This document shows, piece after piece, positions 1-9,388 of a DNA stretch of 64,000 nucleotides. The notes beneath the pieces were generated by a model. It did not search any database. It was not told where the DNA came from and worked only from the letters and a program-made list of their open reading frames with translations. The DNA is from Alphaproteobacteria bacterium (GTDB taxonomy: Bacteria; Pseudomonadota; Alphaproteobacteria; JAAXGF01). Within the stretch, counting starts at the first letter, position 1, and every line of letters begins with the position of its first letter. The position numbers and the translations under genes were made by a program. The DNA is taken from positions 1,536,001-1,600,000 of the forward strand of contig CAUVXB020000002.1 of assembly GCA_963555825.3 (NCBI GenBank), written 5' to 3'.

Positions 1-92
1 ATTCCTATTGCGGCCAGACCCTTAGGTCTGTCGTTGACCTCTAAACCCCCGAATTCTAAGGTTTTTGGCCTCTCGAATTGGTATGGTGGGGC

Positions 93-647
93 ATGGCTGA
101 CGAACCCGGCAAAACGCGCCTGCGCGACGAATTTCTCGGCTGGCAGTGCCGCGTGCGTCAGCACGCCATGCGCCAGTACGGCGGGCGGCCGTCGCCCGGC
201 ATGCGCCCGCGCGTCACGCGCCTCGACGGCGCCGAGATCGCGCCGGCCATGACTGTGCTGCTGATCGAGGCCGAGCCCGAAGAGACCACCGCCATGTGTC
301 GCCACATCGTCAAGCGGACGCACGAGCCGGAACGCCGCTACCAGGACGCGCTCGATCTGCTCTCGGCCGCGCATTTCCAGAACGCGGGGCATTTCTCGGA
401 GGTCTTGACGGCGCTCGTCGCGGCCGGCGCGCCGATCGCCGCCGAGCGCGCTTGCATCCTCGAGTTCGAGCAGTTCAGCCAGCGCTGGCGTTTCGCCTGC
501 GCGGTCGCCGCGCTCGACGCCGACGACCCGGCCTACCAGGCGACCTATTGGCACAACCACATGTTCAACCCGGCCATACCGGCCGCCATCCGCGTGCTCG
601 CCTTGACGCCGGATTGGGACGAAGTGTCAGCCACGCCGCCTGTCTAG
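93..647 (+). CDS. Hypothetical protein
   Basis: ORF 78..647, likely ATG at 93 (MADEPGKTRLRDEFLGWQC); protein-like composition; stop TAG supplied by repeat family A. Confidence 0.75.
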   Translation: MADEPGKTRLRDEFLGWQCRVRQHAMRQYGGRPSPGMRPRVTRLDGAEIAPAMTVLLIEAEPEETTAMCRHIVKRTHEPERRYQDALDLLSAAHFQNAGHFSEVLTALVAAGAPIAAERACILEFEQFSQRWRFACAVAALDADDPAYQATYWHNHMFNPAIPAAIRVLALTPDWDEVSATPPV

Positions 648-812
648 AGCACAATCCGATCAATCGGATTGTGCCAGCCCGCGCCAATTTAATTGGGACA
701 AGAGGAGGGCCGCCGACCGTTCGGCCAGTCCTTGTGGGATAAAGATTGGCCTGCGCGGCGATTGAGCGCAGGTGATCTTTGCGCAGCAAAGATGACCGGA
801 TCAAAAACTCTA
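645..812 (+). repeat. Dispersed structured repeat family A, copy 1 (MITE/RPE-like)
   Basis: TAGAG...CTCTA ends; cores GGGCCGCCGACCGTTCGGC and TGCGCGGCGATTGAGCGC recur (reverse complement) near 41.0, 48.2 and 60.8 kb; internal hairpins. Confidence 0.85.
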
Positions 813-821
813 ACCGCCGGC

Positions 822-2381
822 TCAGAAATAGTCGCGGTCGGGCTGGCTCGCCTTGCGTTTGGCGATGAATTCCCGCAGCGCCTCGTCGATCGCCGGGTCG
901 AGCCCCGGGTCCTGGTAGGTCTCGAGCAGACGCTTCCATTCCCGGTTGGCGCGCTCGGCCGCGTCGAGCCCGCCTTCGGCGTGCCACTGCTCATAGGAGT
1001 TGCTGTCGGCGCTGGCCGATTGATAGAAGGCGGTCTCGAAATTGGCCTGGGTGTGCGCCGAGCCCAGGAAGTGGCTGGCCGGACCGACCGCCTGGATGGC
1101 GTCGAGCGCGAGCGCGTTCTCCGACAAATCGATGCCTTCGAAGAAGTTCTGCACCTTGCCGCAGACGTCGGCATCGATGATCGTCTTCTCATAGCCCGTG
1201 CACAGACCGCCCTCGAGCCAGCCGGTCGCGTGGTTGATGACGTTGGCGCCGGCGAACATCGCCATCAACAGACCCCAGGTGCCCTCCTGCTCGGCCTGGC
1301 CGTCGGGCAGCTTCGAGGCCGATAGCGAACCGACCGTGTGCAGCGGCACGCCGAGGCGGCGCGCCAACTGGCCCGACGCGAGCACCATCTTTGCGGCCTC
1401 CGGCGTGCCGAAGGTCGGCGCGCCCGACTGCATCGAGATCGTGCTCGCGAAGCTGCCCATCAGGCACGGCGCGCCGGGGTTGATCAGCTGGACCAGCGCC
1501 AGGCTCGCCAACGCCTCGGCGAGCACCTGGGTCAGCGTGCCGGCGACCGTGCAGGGGCTCATCGCGCCGGCCAGCGTCCACGGCGTGCAGGCGACCGCCT
1601 GGTTGTTGCGCGCGTATACCTTGAGCGCGCCAGACATGTTCACGTCGAGCACCAGCGGCGCGTTGGTGTTGCTGACCGCATACAGGCAGACGTTGTCGCG
1701 GACGAAGTCCTCGCCGAACAGGAGCTTCGCCATGTCGACCGAATCCTGGGCGCGCTCCGCGCCGATCAGCGCGCCGTAGAAGGCGCGGTCCGAATAGCGG
1801 ATGTGGGCGTAGAGCATGTCGAAATGCCGCTTGTTGGCCGGCAGGTCGACCGGCTCGCAGACGACGCCGCCCGAGTGGTGGAGCCAGGGGATCATCTGGT
1901 GGATCTTGACCAGCTTGCGGAAGTCCTCGTGCGTCGCGTAGCGCCGCCCGTCATCGAGGTTGTGCACGAAGGGCGGCCCCCAGGACGGGCACAGCACCGT
2001 ATTGGCGCCGCCGATCGCGACGTTGTTCGCCGGGTTGCGCGCGTGCTGGACGAATTCCGCGGGCGCGGTCGCCTGTATCAGCTGGCGGCACATGCCCGGC
2101 TCGAAGCGCACCCGCTCGCCTTTGACATCGGCCCCGGCGCTCCGGAAGATGTCGAGGATCTCGGGGTCGCCGGTGAACTCCATGCCGGTCTCCTTCAAGA
2201 GGACATCGGCGTTGTGTTCGATCAGACCCAAGCCCTCTTCGTCGAGCACGTCATAGGTGCCGAGCTTGCGCGTGATGTAGGGCGCCCGCACCGCGCTCCG
2301 GTCCGCGCGCGCCGCGATCCGGCTGGCCCGGCCCCGCCGGCCGCTCGTCTTGGTGCGCTTCCCTGAATCGGTCATGGCCAA
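822..2381 (-). CDS. mttB: Trimethylamine methyltransferase (MttB) superfamily protein, non-pyrrolysine
   Basis: 519 aa; GGVVCEPVDLP, SMQSGAPTFGTPE, HATGWLEGGL motifs; no in-frame amber codon. Confidence 0.9.
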   Translation of the reverse strand: MAMTDSGKRTKTSGRRGRASRIAARADRSAVRAPYITRKLGTYDVLDEEGLGLIEHNADVLLKETGMEFTGDPEILDIFRSAGADVKGERVRFEPGMCRQLIQATAPAEFVQHARNPANNVAIGGANTVLCPSWGPPFVHNLDDGRRYATHEDFRKLVKIHQMIPWLHHSGGVVCEPVDLPANKRHFDMLYAHIRYSDRAFYGALIGAERAQDSVDMAKLLFGEDFVRDNVCLYAVSNTNAPLVLDVNMSGALKVYARNNQAVACTPWTLAGAMSPCTVAGTLTQVLAEALASLALVQLINPGAPCLMGSFASTISMQSGAPTFGTPEAAKMVLASGQLARRLGVPLHTVGSLSASKLPDGQAEQEGTWGLLMAMFAGANVINHATGWLEGGLCTGYEKTIIDADVCGKVQNFFEGIDLSENALALDAIQAVGPASHFLGSAHTQANFETAFYQSASADSNSYEQWHAEGGLDAAERANREWKRLLETYQDPGLDPAIDEALREFIAKRKASQPDRDYF

Positions 2382-2394
2382 TCTCCCGGCGTCA

Positions 2395-4833
2395 TCATGC
2401 GCCCGGCGCGTCGCGCGGCAAATCGTTATCGGGGTCGTAGGGCGCGACCTCGAGCACCCGCGCCGCGATCTCCCGGCCGAGAACCAGCACCGACAGGTCG
2501 GCTGTCTCGGTGCCCGGCGTCAGATAGGCGAGCGCGAGCGAGACGCCCGTGCGGTGCCCGATCGCCGCCGAGGTCACCATGCCGACCGGCTCGCCGCCTT
2601 GCAGCACGGTATGGTTGGCGAAAGGATAGGCACCGGCGTTCAGCTCGAGCAGCGCCATGCGCCAGGCGTCGCCCGACGCAGCGCGCGCCAGCATGGCGTC
2701 GCGGCCGACGAAGTCGCGGCCGTCGGGCTTGACCAGGTAGCCGAGACCCGCCTCGAGCGGCGTCCGCTCGGTGGTCAGGTCGCTGCCCCAACCGCCATAA
2801 CCCTTCTCCAATCGCATGGCATTGAGAGCATAGACACCGAACGGGCGGATGCCCATTGGCCCGCCCGCCGCCATCAGCGCGTCGTAAAGCCTCGCAAGCT
2901 CGCCGAGCCCGGCGTGCAGCTCCCAGCCCAGCTCGCCGGCGTAGGAGATGCGCAGCGCGCGCAGCGCAACGCCGGCAACCGCAATCTCCCGCGCCGACAG
3001 CCAGGGGAAGGCGGCGTTGCCGAAATCGGCGTCGGCGAGACCGGCGAGGACCGCGCGGGATTTCGGCCCGACCACCGCGAGGATGCCGACATCCTCGGTC
3101 CGGTTGGCGATCTCGACGCCGTCGAAGTCGCCGGACCGGGCGCGCAACAGGTCCTCGTCGTGCCGTTCGGCGGCCGCCGCGCTGGTCAGATAGAAGCGGT
3201 CCTCGGCGAGCCGCGTGACGGTGAACTCCGAGGCGACGCCGCCGGCCGGCGTCAGCGCGTGAGTCAGGCCGATGCGGCCGGGCCTCGAGGGCGGCCGGTT
3301 GGCGCCGAGCGTCTCGAGAAAGGCGGCGGCGTCGGGCCCGGAGACGTCGAACTTGGCGAACGCCGAGAGATCGGCGATGCCGACCGCGTCGCGCACCGCC
3401 AGGCACTCCTCGGCCACCGCGTCGAGCCAGGCGGGCCGGTCGAAGGTGAGCGGCGCCGCGGCATCGTCGCCGGCGCGGGCGAACCAGTTGGGCCGCTCCC
3501 AGCCATAGGCGCAGCCGAACACCGCGCCGGCCATGGCCTGGGCGTCGTAGACCGGCGTCACGCGCTTGGGGCGTCCGGCCTCGCGCTCCTCGTAGGGGTA
3601 GTGGACGGCGAACTGCAGGCCGAAACACTCGACCGCCTTGTCGAGGCGGTAGGCGCGGTCGGCGTAGTTGCCGAAGCGGCGCGCATCGATCGCCAGCGCG
3701 TCGCTCGGCGGCCCTCCGCCCGCCATCCATTCGGCGAGGAACTTGCCGGCGCCGCCGCCTTCCATCACGCCCATGCTCGAGCCGGTCAGCAGCCAGGCGT
3801 TGGTCAGCCCGAAGGCCGGGCCGATCAGCGGGTTGGCGTCGGGCGTGAAGGTGATCGGGCCGTTGACGATGGTCTTGATACCGGCCTCGGCGAGCGCCGG
3901 CACGCGGTCCATGGCCTTGGCGACGATGTGCTCGATGCGGTCCAGGTCGGGCGGCAGCAGCTCCTTGCCGAAACCGGCCGGCACGCCGTCGACCGACCAC
4001 GGCTGGGCGGCCTTCTCGTATGGGCCGACGATATAGCCGTCGCGCTCCTGACGCAGGTACCAGCTCTCCTCGGGGTCGCGGATGATCGGCAACTCGGCGG
4101 CGCCGGCGGCGATGCGCTCGGCGATCGGCGCGACGCGATCGGTCACGACGTATTGGTGCAGCATCGGCACGACCGGCAGATCGATACCCATCATGGCGCC
4201 GATCTCGCGGCACCAGGTGCCCGCCGCGTTGACGACGTGCTCGGTGCGGATGGTTCCGCCGCGCGTCGCGACGAGCCACTCGCCCGATGGCGCGCGGCCG
4301 ATCGCCTCGACCGGGTTGTTACGGTAGATCTCGGCGCCGGCCGCGCGCGCGCCGGCGGCCATCGCGTTGGTCGCGAGCGACGGATCGACATGGCCGTCAT
4401 CGGGCTCCCAGATCGCGCCCACAAGGCCCTCGGTCCGGCACAGCGGATAGATCTCGGCGAGTTCGCCGGGCGAGAGGATATGGAAATCGTGGCCGACGAA
4501 CCGGCCGAGGCCCTGGACCTGGCGGAACTCGGCCAAGCGGTCCGCCGAACGCGTCACGCGCAACGCGCCCGAGGCGTGGAAGCCGGTTGCGAGGCCTGTT
4601 TCCCCGGGCAAAATATCGCGGTAAAGGCGCGCCGAGTGCGCGCGCATCGCCATGATCGTCGGGTCGTGGGCGAAATGCGTGCACAGGCCGGCGGCGTGCC
4701 AGGTCGAACCCGAGGTCAGCTCGTCCTTGTCGACCAGCACGACGTCGCGCCAGCCGAGCTTGGTCAGGTGATAGAGAGCCGAGACACCCATCACGCCGCC
4801 GCCGACGATGACCACCCGTGCCTCGGTCTTCAT
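2395..4833 (-). CDS. GcvT-family FAD-dependent oxidoreductase (dimethylglycine dehydrogenase-like)
   Basis: Start MKTEARVVIVGGG at 4833; ELTSGSTWHAAG; GWERPNWF; C-terminal GcvT domain (SYAGELGWELH, MRLEKGY). Confidence 0.92.
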   Translation of the reverse strand: MKTEARVVIVGGGVMGVSALYHLTKLGWRDVVLVDKDELTSGSTWHAAGLCTHFAHDPTIMAMRAHSARLYRDILPGETGLATGFHASGALRVTRSADRLAEFRQVQGLGRFVGHDFHILSPGELAEIYPLCRTEGLVGAIWEPDDGHVDPSLATNAMAAGARAAGAEIYRNNPVEAIGRAPSGEWLVATRGGTIRTEHVVNAAGTWCREIGAMMGIDLPVVPMLHQYVVTDRVAPIAERIAAGAAELPIIRDPEESWYLRQERDGYIVGPYEKAAQPWSVDGVPAGFGKELLPPDLDRIEHIVAKAMDRVPALAEAGIKTIVNGPITFTPDANPLIGPAFGLTNAWLLTGSSMGVMEGGGAGKFLAEWMAGGGPPSDALAIDARRFGNYADRAYRLDKAVECFGLQFAVHYPYEEREAGRPKRVTPVYDAQAMAGAVFGCAYGWERPNWFARAGDDAAAPLTFDRPAWLDAVAEECLAVRDAVGIADLSAFAKFDVSGPDAAAFLETLGANRPPSRPGRIGLTHALTPAGGVASEFTVTRLAEDRFYLTSAAAAERHDEDLLRARSGDFDGVEIANRTEDVGILAVVGPKSRAVLAGLADADFGNAAFPWLSAREIAVAGVALRALRISYAGELGWELHAGLGELARLYDALMAAGGPMGIRPFGVYALNAMRLEKGYGGWGSDLTTERTPLEAGLGYLVKPDGRDFVGRDAMLARAASGDAWRMALLELNAGAYPFANHTVLQGGEPVGMVTSAAIGHRTGVSLALAYLTPGTETADLSVLVLGREIAARVLEVAPYDPDNDLPRDAPGA

Positions 4834-7289
4834 GGCGTCGCTCCGCGCGTGCGGATGCCATCGGGATCGTAGGGCGGGCGCGGCAAGGGCGACAAGGCGA
4901 AGCGTTCGCCCGCGACGCCGATCTCGTAACGCCCCTCGAAGGCCACCGCCCGGTCGTCGCCGGGCCGCGTCTCGACATAGCCGAGGCACAGCGCGAGATC
5001 GGTGCGCAAGCCACGGGCGCCCGACGTCGTCCGCCCGACCAGGCGGCCGTCGCGGTAGATCGGCTCGTCGTGCAGCAGCAGCGGATGGGCGCCCGCGACC
5101 GCGAGCAGCAGCAGGCGGCGCGCGAGGCCCGCGTCGCGCCGCGCGCTGAGCGCCTCGCGGCCGAGGAAACCGCCCGGCTTGTCCCAGGCGACGGCGAAGC
5201 CGAGACCGGCCTCGAGCGGCGTGTCATCGGGGCCGATGTCGTGGCCCCAGTGGCGGAAGCCTTTCTCTATGCGGCAGGCGTCGAGGCAGTAATGGCCAGC
5301 ATGCGCCAGGCCGTGCGGCGCGCCGGCCCCGGCCAGCGCGGCGTGGACACGCTCGGCGTGTTCGACCGGCATCGAGAGCTCCCAGCCGAGTTCACCGACG
5401 AAACTGACACGCGTCGCCCAGACCGGTGCGGTGGCGATCTCGAGGTCTTGCGCGGTCGAGAACGGGAAGGCGGCGTTCGACAGATCGGCGCCCGTGAGCG
5501 CCTCGAGCAGCGCCCGCGCCGCGGGGCCCATGACGCCGATGACGGCCTCGGCCTCGGTCGCGTCGACGATTGCCGTGTCGTCACCGCGCTGGTCGCGCGA
5601 GCGCGTCATCCAGGCCAGGTCCTTCCAGCGCGTCGCGGCGCCGCTGATGACCCGGAAGTCGGTCTCGCCGCGGCGCGTGACGGTCACGTCGGCCTCGATG
5701 CCGCCGTGGCGGTTGAGCATCTGCGAGTAGACCACGTGTCCCGCTTCGACGTCGACGTCGTTGGCCGAGAGATGCTGCAGCAGCGCGAGCGCGTCCCGCC
5801 CGGTCACGTCGATCTTGGTGAACGGCGTCAGTTCGAGAAGCGCGACGCGGTCGCGCAGCGCCTCGGCCTCGCGCCGCGCCGGTCGCCACCAGCCCTGATC
5901 GCCGTAGCTGTAGGCGATATCGCGCTCGGCCGGCGTCGCGGCGAACCACAGCGGCCGTTCCCAGCCGCCGGCCGGCGCGCCGAACACGGCGCCGGCCTCG
6001 GCGAATACCTGGTGCAGCGGCGAGCGCCGGATGTCCCGCCCGGTCTGGTACCGCTTGTAGGGCCAGTGCATGGCGAACTGGTCGCCGACCGCCTCCTGAA
6101 CCCGCGCGGACAAAAAAGTATCGTCCACCGACTGGTGGTCGAAGCGCGCGACGTCGACTTCCCACAGATCCATCGGCGGCTCGCCGCCAGCGATCCATTC
6201 GGCCATCGCCTTGCCGACGCCGGCCGACGACATCATGCCGATCGAGTTGAACCCGGCGGCGACGTAGAAGCCCTTGAGGAACGGCGATTCGCCCATCGCC
6301 TGACGGGTGTCGGGCGTGAAGCCCTCGGGGCCGTTCATCAGGCGCTGAATTCCGGCGTGCTCGAGCGCCGGGACGCGGTGCAGCCCGGCGCTCATGAACG
6401 GCTCGAACTGGTCCCAGTCCTCGGCGAACTCGATAAACGGCCGCTCTCCGCCGGGACCGTCGGCATCCCACGGCTTGGCGTTGGGCTCGAAGCCGCCGAG
6501 CACCAGCTTGCCGGCATCGGCCTTGAGGTAGATGCCGGCGTCGAGGTCGCGGACGATCGGGAAGGGTTCGGCGAGATCGGCGATCGGCTCGGTCACGACG
6601 TACATGTGCTCGACCGCCTGGACCGGCACCGGCACGCCGGCCATGGCGCCGACCGCGCGGCTCCACACGCCGGCGCAGTTGACGACCGCCGCGCAGCGCA
6701 CCGTCTCGCCGCTGGTCAGGCGCACCGCGCGCACCGCGCCGTTCTCGACCTCGATGCTGGCGCATCCGACGCCCTCGCGGATGCGCACGCCGCCCGCCCG
6801 CGCACCCTTGGCGTAAGCCATGCAGATGTCGACCGGGTTGGCCTGGCCATCGGCCGCGACCCAGAGCGCGCCAGCGAGGTCGTCGATGCGCAGCCCGGGC
6901 AGCTTCGACGCGATCTCATGGGCGTCCAAGACGCCGACCTCGAGCCCGGTCATCTCGCCCATCGCGGCGATGCGCCGGATCTCGGTCAGGCGCGCCGCGC
7001 TCTGGGCGAGCCACAGGCCGCCGGTCTGGACATAGCCGGTGCCCTGGCCGGTTTCCGCCTCGAGCCGGCCGAACAGCTCGGTCGCGTAGATCGCCAGCTT
7101 CGTCAGGTTCATGCTCGCCCTTAGCGGACCGACGATGCCCGCGGCGTGCCACGAGGTGCCGCTGGTCAGCCCGTTGCGCTCGATCAGCAGGACGTCGTCG
7201 ATGCCCAGCTTGGCCAGGTGATAGGCCGTGCCGAGTCCGATGACGCCGCCACCGATGATGACGACCTTCGCCGCGCCAGCCGAAACCAT
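4830..7289 (-). CDS. GcvT-family FAD-dependent oxidoreductase (sarcosine/dimethylglycine dehydrogenase-like)
   Basis: GGGVIG, TSGTSWHAAG, NGPEGFTPD, SFVGELGWE, CRIEKGFRHWG; 4-nt overlap with downstream paralog. Confidence 0.92.
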   Translation of the reverse strand: MVSAGAAKVVIIGGGVIGLGTAYHLAKLGIDDVLLIERNGLTSGTSWHAAGIVGPLRASMNLTKLAIYATELFGRLEAETGQGTGYVQTGGLWLAQSAARLTEIRRIAAMGEMTGLEVGVLDAHEIASKLPGLRIDDLAGALWVAADGQANPVDICMAYAKGARAGGVRIREGVGCASIEVENGAVRAVRLTSGETVRCAAVVNCAGVWSRAVGAMAGVPVPVQAVEHMYVVTEPIADLAEPFPIVRDLDAGIYLKADAGKLVLGGFEPNAKPWDADGPGGERPFIEFAEDWDQFEPFMSAGLHRVPALEHAGIQRLMNGPEGFTPDTRQAMGESPFLKGFYVAAGFNSIGMMSSAGVGKAMAEWIAGGEPPMDLWEVDVARFDHQSVDDTFLSARVQEAVGDQFAMHWPYKRYQTGRDIRRSPLHQVFAEAGAVFGAPAGGWERPLWFAATPAERDIAYSYGDQGWWRPARREAEALRDRVALLELTPFTKIDVTGRDALALLQHLSANDVDVEAGHVVYSQMLNRHGGIEADVTVTRRGETDFRVISGAATRWKDLAWMTRSRDQRGDDTAIVDATEAEAVIGVMGPAARALLEALTGADLSNAAFPFSTAQDLEIATAPVWATRVSFVGELGWELSMPVEHAERVHAALAGAGAPHGLAHAGHYCLDACRIEKGFRHWGHDIGPDDTPLEAGLGFAVAWDKPGGFLGREALSARRDAGLARRLLLLAVAGAHPLLLHDEPIYRDGRLVGRTTSGARGLRTDLALCLGYVETRPGDDRAVAFEGRYEIGVAGERFALSPLPRPPYDPDGIRTRGATP

Positions 7290-7423
7290 GTCGTGCCATC
7301 CGCCCCCAGACTCGTCACGAAACGCGCGTTATCCCGAGCGCGACGGCACATTATTAGATAAACTCGCGCTCGAGAGTCGATATCGCCAAAACGGGGCCGC
7401 CCGGCGAGACGAGGACACCCGCC

Positions 7424-8734
7424 ATGAACGAAACGTCATCCGCCGTCGACTGGTCGACCGAGGCCATCGTCGCGCGCCGCGAGCGGTTCTACGCGGCGAC
7501 GCAGCGCAAGTTCGTGCCCTACCAGACGCCGCAGATCTTCCGGCGCGGCGAGGGCCAGTACCTGTGGGACGAGGACGACAGGCGCTACATCGACCTGTTG
7601 GGCATGAACGTCTGCATCTCGGTCGGCCACGCCCACCCCGAGGTGGTGCGCGCCGCGGCCGAGCAGATGGCCGAGCTGACCCACTGCACGACGATGTTCT
7701 ACCACCCGGTGCCGGCGCATTTCGCCGAGGAGCTGGCGGCGACCATGCCGGCGGGCCACGACTGGGTCGTCCATTTCACCAACAGCGGTACCGAGGCGAT
7801 CGATCTCGCGCTTCTGATGGCGCGCAGCCACACCGGCAACGTCGACATGCTGTCGCTGCGCACGAGCTATCACGGCGCGACCTTCGGCGCCCAATCGCTG
7901 ACCGGCATCTCAGGCTTCCGCCACAACGTGCCGCAGCTTGGCGGCGTCGCCTTCGTCGCCGAGCCGAACCAGTACCGCGGCGCCTTCGGCGAGGGCATCC
8001 AGCCCTATCTCGACGACATCGAGCGGGCGATCCATTTCGAGACCAGCGGCCGGCTCGCCGGCATGATCATCGAGCCGGTGCAGGGCTACGGCGGCATCGT
8101 ACCGATGCCTGACGGCTATATCGCCGGCGCGTTCGAGCGCGTGCGCGCGGCGGGCGGCGTCGGCATCGTCGACGAGGTGCAATCGGGCTTCGGGCGCACC
8201 GGCGATCACTTCTGGGCGTTCGGGGCCGACGGCGTGGTGCCCGACATCGTCGTCATGGCCAAGGGAATCGGCAACGGTTTCCCGCTCGGCGCCGTCGTCG
8301 CCAAGCGCGCGATCGCCGAGGCGATGGCCGACAAGTTCCTGTTCCACACCTATGGCGCCAACCCGGTCGCCTGCGCCGCCGGGCGCGCCGTCTTGCGCGT
8401 CATCGCCGGCGAGAAGCTGCAGGACAACGCGCGCGTCGTCGGCGCCGCCTTGCTCGCCGAACTCGGCAAGCTCGCCGAGCGTCACCCGGTGATCGGCGAC
8501 GTCCGGGGCAAGGGGCTGATGATGGCGATCGAGCTGGTCAAGGACCGCGGCACCAAGGAGCCCGACCCCGAAACCACCGCCAGGGTCTTCGAGGCGACCC
8601 GGCGCGAGGGGCTGGTGGCCAGCAAGTCGGGCCCGCACCGCAGCGTCATCCGCATGGTGCCGCCGCTCTGTCTCTCGATGGCCGACGTCGCGGCGGTCTC
8701 CGACAAGATGGAACGCTGCTTCACGGCGGTCTGA
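7424..8734 (+). CDS. Class III PLP aminotransferase (alanine-glyoxylate aminotransferase 2-like)
   Basis: FTNSGTEA, SYHG, DEVQSGFGRTG, AKGIGNGFP motifs; RBS GAGGA. Confidence 0.92.
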   Translation: MNETSSAVDWSTEAIVARRERFYAATQRKFVPYQTPQIFRRGEGQYLWDEDDRRYIDLLGMNVCISVGHAHPEVVRAAAEQMAELTHCTTMFYHPVPAHFAEELAATMPAGHDWVVHFTNSGTEAIDLALLMARSHTGNVDMLSLRTSYHGATFGAQSLTGISGFRHNVPQLGGVAFVAEPNQYRGAFGEGIQPYLDDIERAIHFETSGRLAGMIIEPVQGYGGIVPMPDGYIAGAFERVRAAGGVGIVDEVQSGFGRTGDHFWAFGADGVVPDIVVMAKGIGNGFPLGAVVAKRAIAEAMADKFLFHTYGANPVACAAGRAVLRVIAGEKLQDNARVVGAALLAELGKLAERHPVIGDVRGKGLMMAIELVKDRGTKEPDPETTARVFEATRREGLVASKSGPHRSVIRMVPPLCLSMADVAAVSDKMERCFTAV

Positions 8735-8766
8735 ACGGCGCATACCGCACGTACCGCGCCACTATT

Positions 8767-8961
8767 AAACGTAAGCAGTATACATTTAACTACCGCGCGC
8801 CGCCAGTAAACGTAAGCAGTATATATTTATTCGTGGTGTTCAGACCGAGCCGAGTGTCGCGGCACTGACGAATGTGTTTCGCCGCCAGGTCGGCCACACG
8901 AGGGCCCGCAAGCCGGCGATCCGCCCCGCCGGCCGGCATAAAATGTATACTGCTTACGTTT
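8767..8961. repeat. REP-like repeat family B cluster (two direct copies plus one inverted copy)
   Basis: AAACGTAAGCAGTATACATTT 8767-8787, AAACGTAAGCAGTATATATTT 8808-8828, AAAATGTATACTGCTTACGTTT 8940-8961; same motif at 21.9 kb. Confidence 0.85.
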
Positions 8962-8983
8962 AACACGCGCCGGCCGTGGCGCG

Positions 8984-9379
8984 CTAGAACTTCTTGTAGG
9001 CTTTCTTGAGCGCGATCAGCGGGTGGTTGGGCGACATCTGGAACTTTACCAGGAGTTCGCGCGCGATCATGTCGCGGTCCTGCTGGTTGTCGGGCAGTTC
9101 CATGTCCTCGGGCACCGTGACCCAGCCGTTGATGTTGCGGTCGAACACCGCCGAGCGGCCCTCTTCGTAGCCCATGTGGACGTCCTCGAGCCAGTTGAGG
9201 TCCTGCCAGCCCATGTGCTCCATGTAGCGCGCCAGGAACGGCGTCAACTTCGAGTAATCGGGCAGCAGGTTGATGTCGTAGCGGTAACCGATGTGCTGGC
9301 CGATTTCCTGCTCGCGCGCGGTGTCGATGCCCGACTGCTTGAGGAAGTAGTCGACGTCGGTCGTCTTGTTTTCGGCCAT
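8984..9379 (-). CDS. Hypothetical protein, last gene of the glx/N-methylglutamate operon
   Basis: 131 aa; GGAGG RBS; starts 9 nt after the glxD stop; host-like codon usage. Confidence 0.85.
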   Translation of the reverse strand: MAENKTTDVDYFLKQSGIDTAREQEIGQHIGYRYDINLLPDYSKLTPFLARYMEHMGWQDLNWLEDVHMGYEEGRSAVFDRNINGWVTVPEDMELPDNQQDRDMIARELLVKFQMSPNHPLIALKKAYKKF

Positions 9380-9388
9380 GGCTGCCTC

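Noticed and set aside
822-2381. Pyrrolysine-containing MttB
   Set aside because: Full-length ORF without an in-frame TAG and no pyl genes in the window.
8767-8961. Possible CRISPR array
   Set aside because: Only two direct copies plus an inverted one, irregular spacing and no cas genes.
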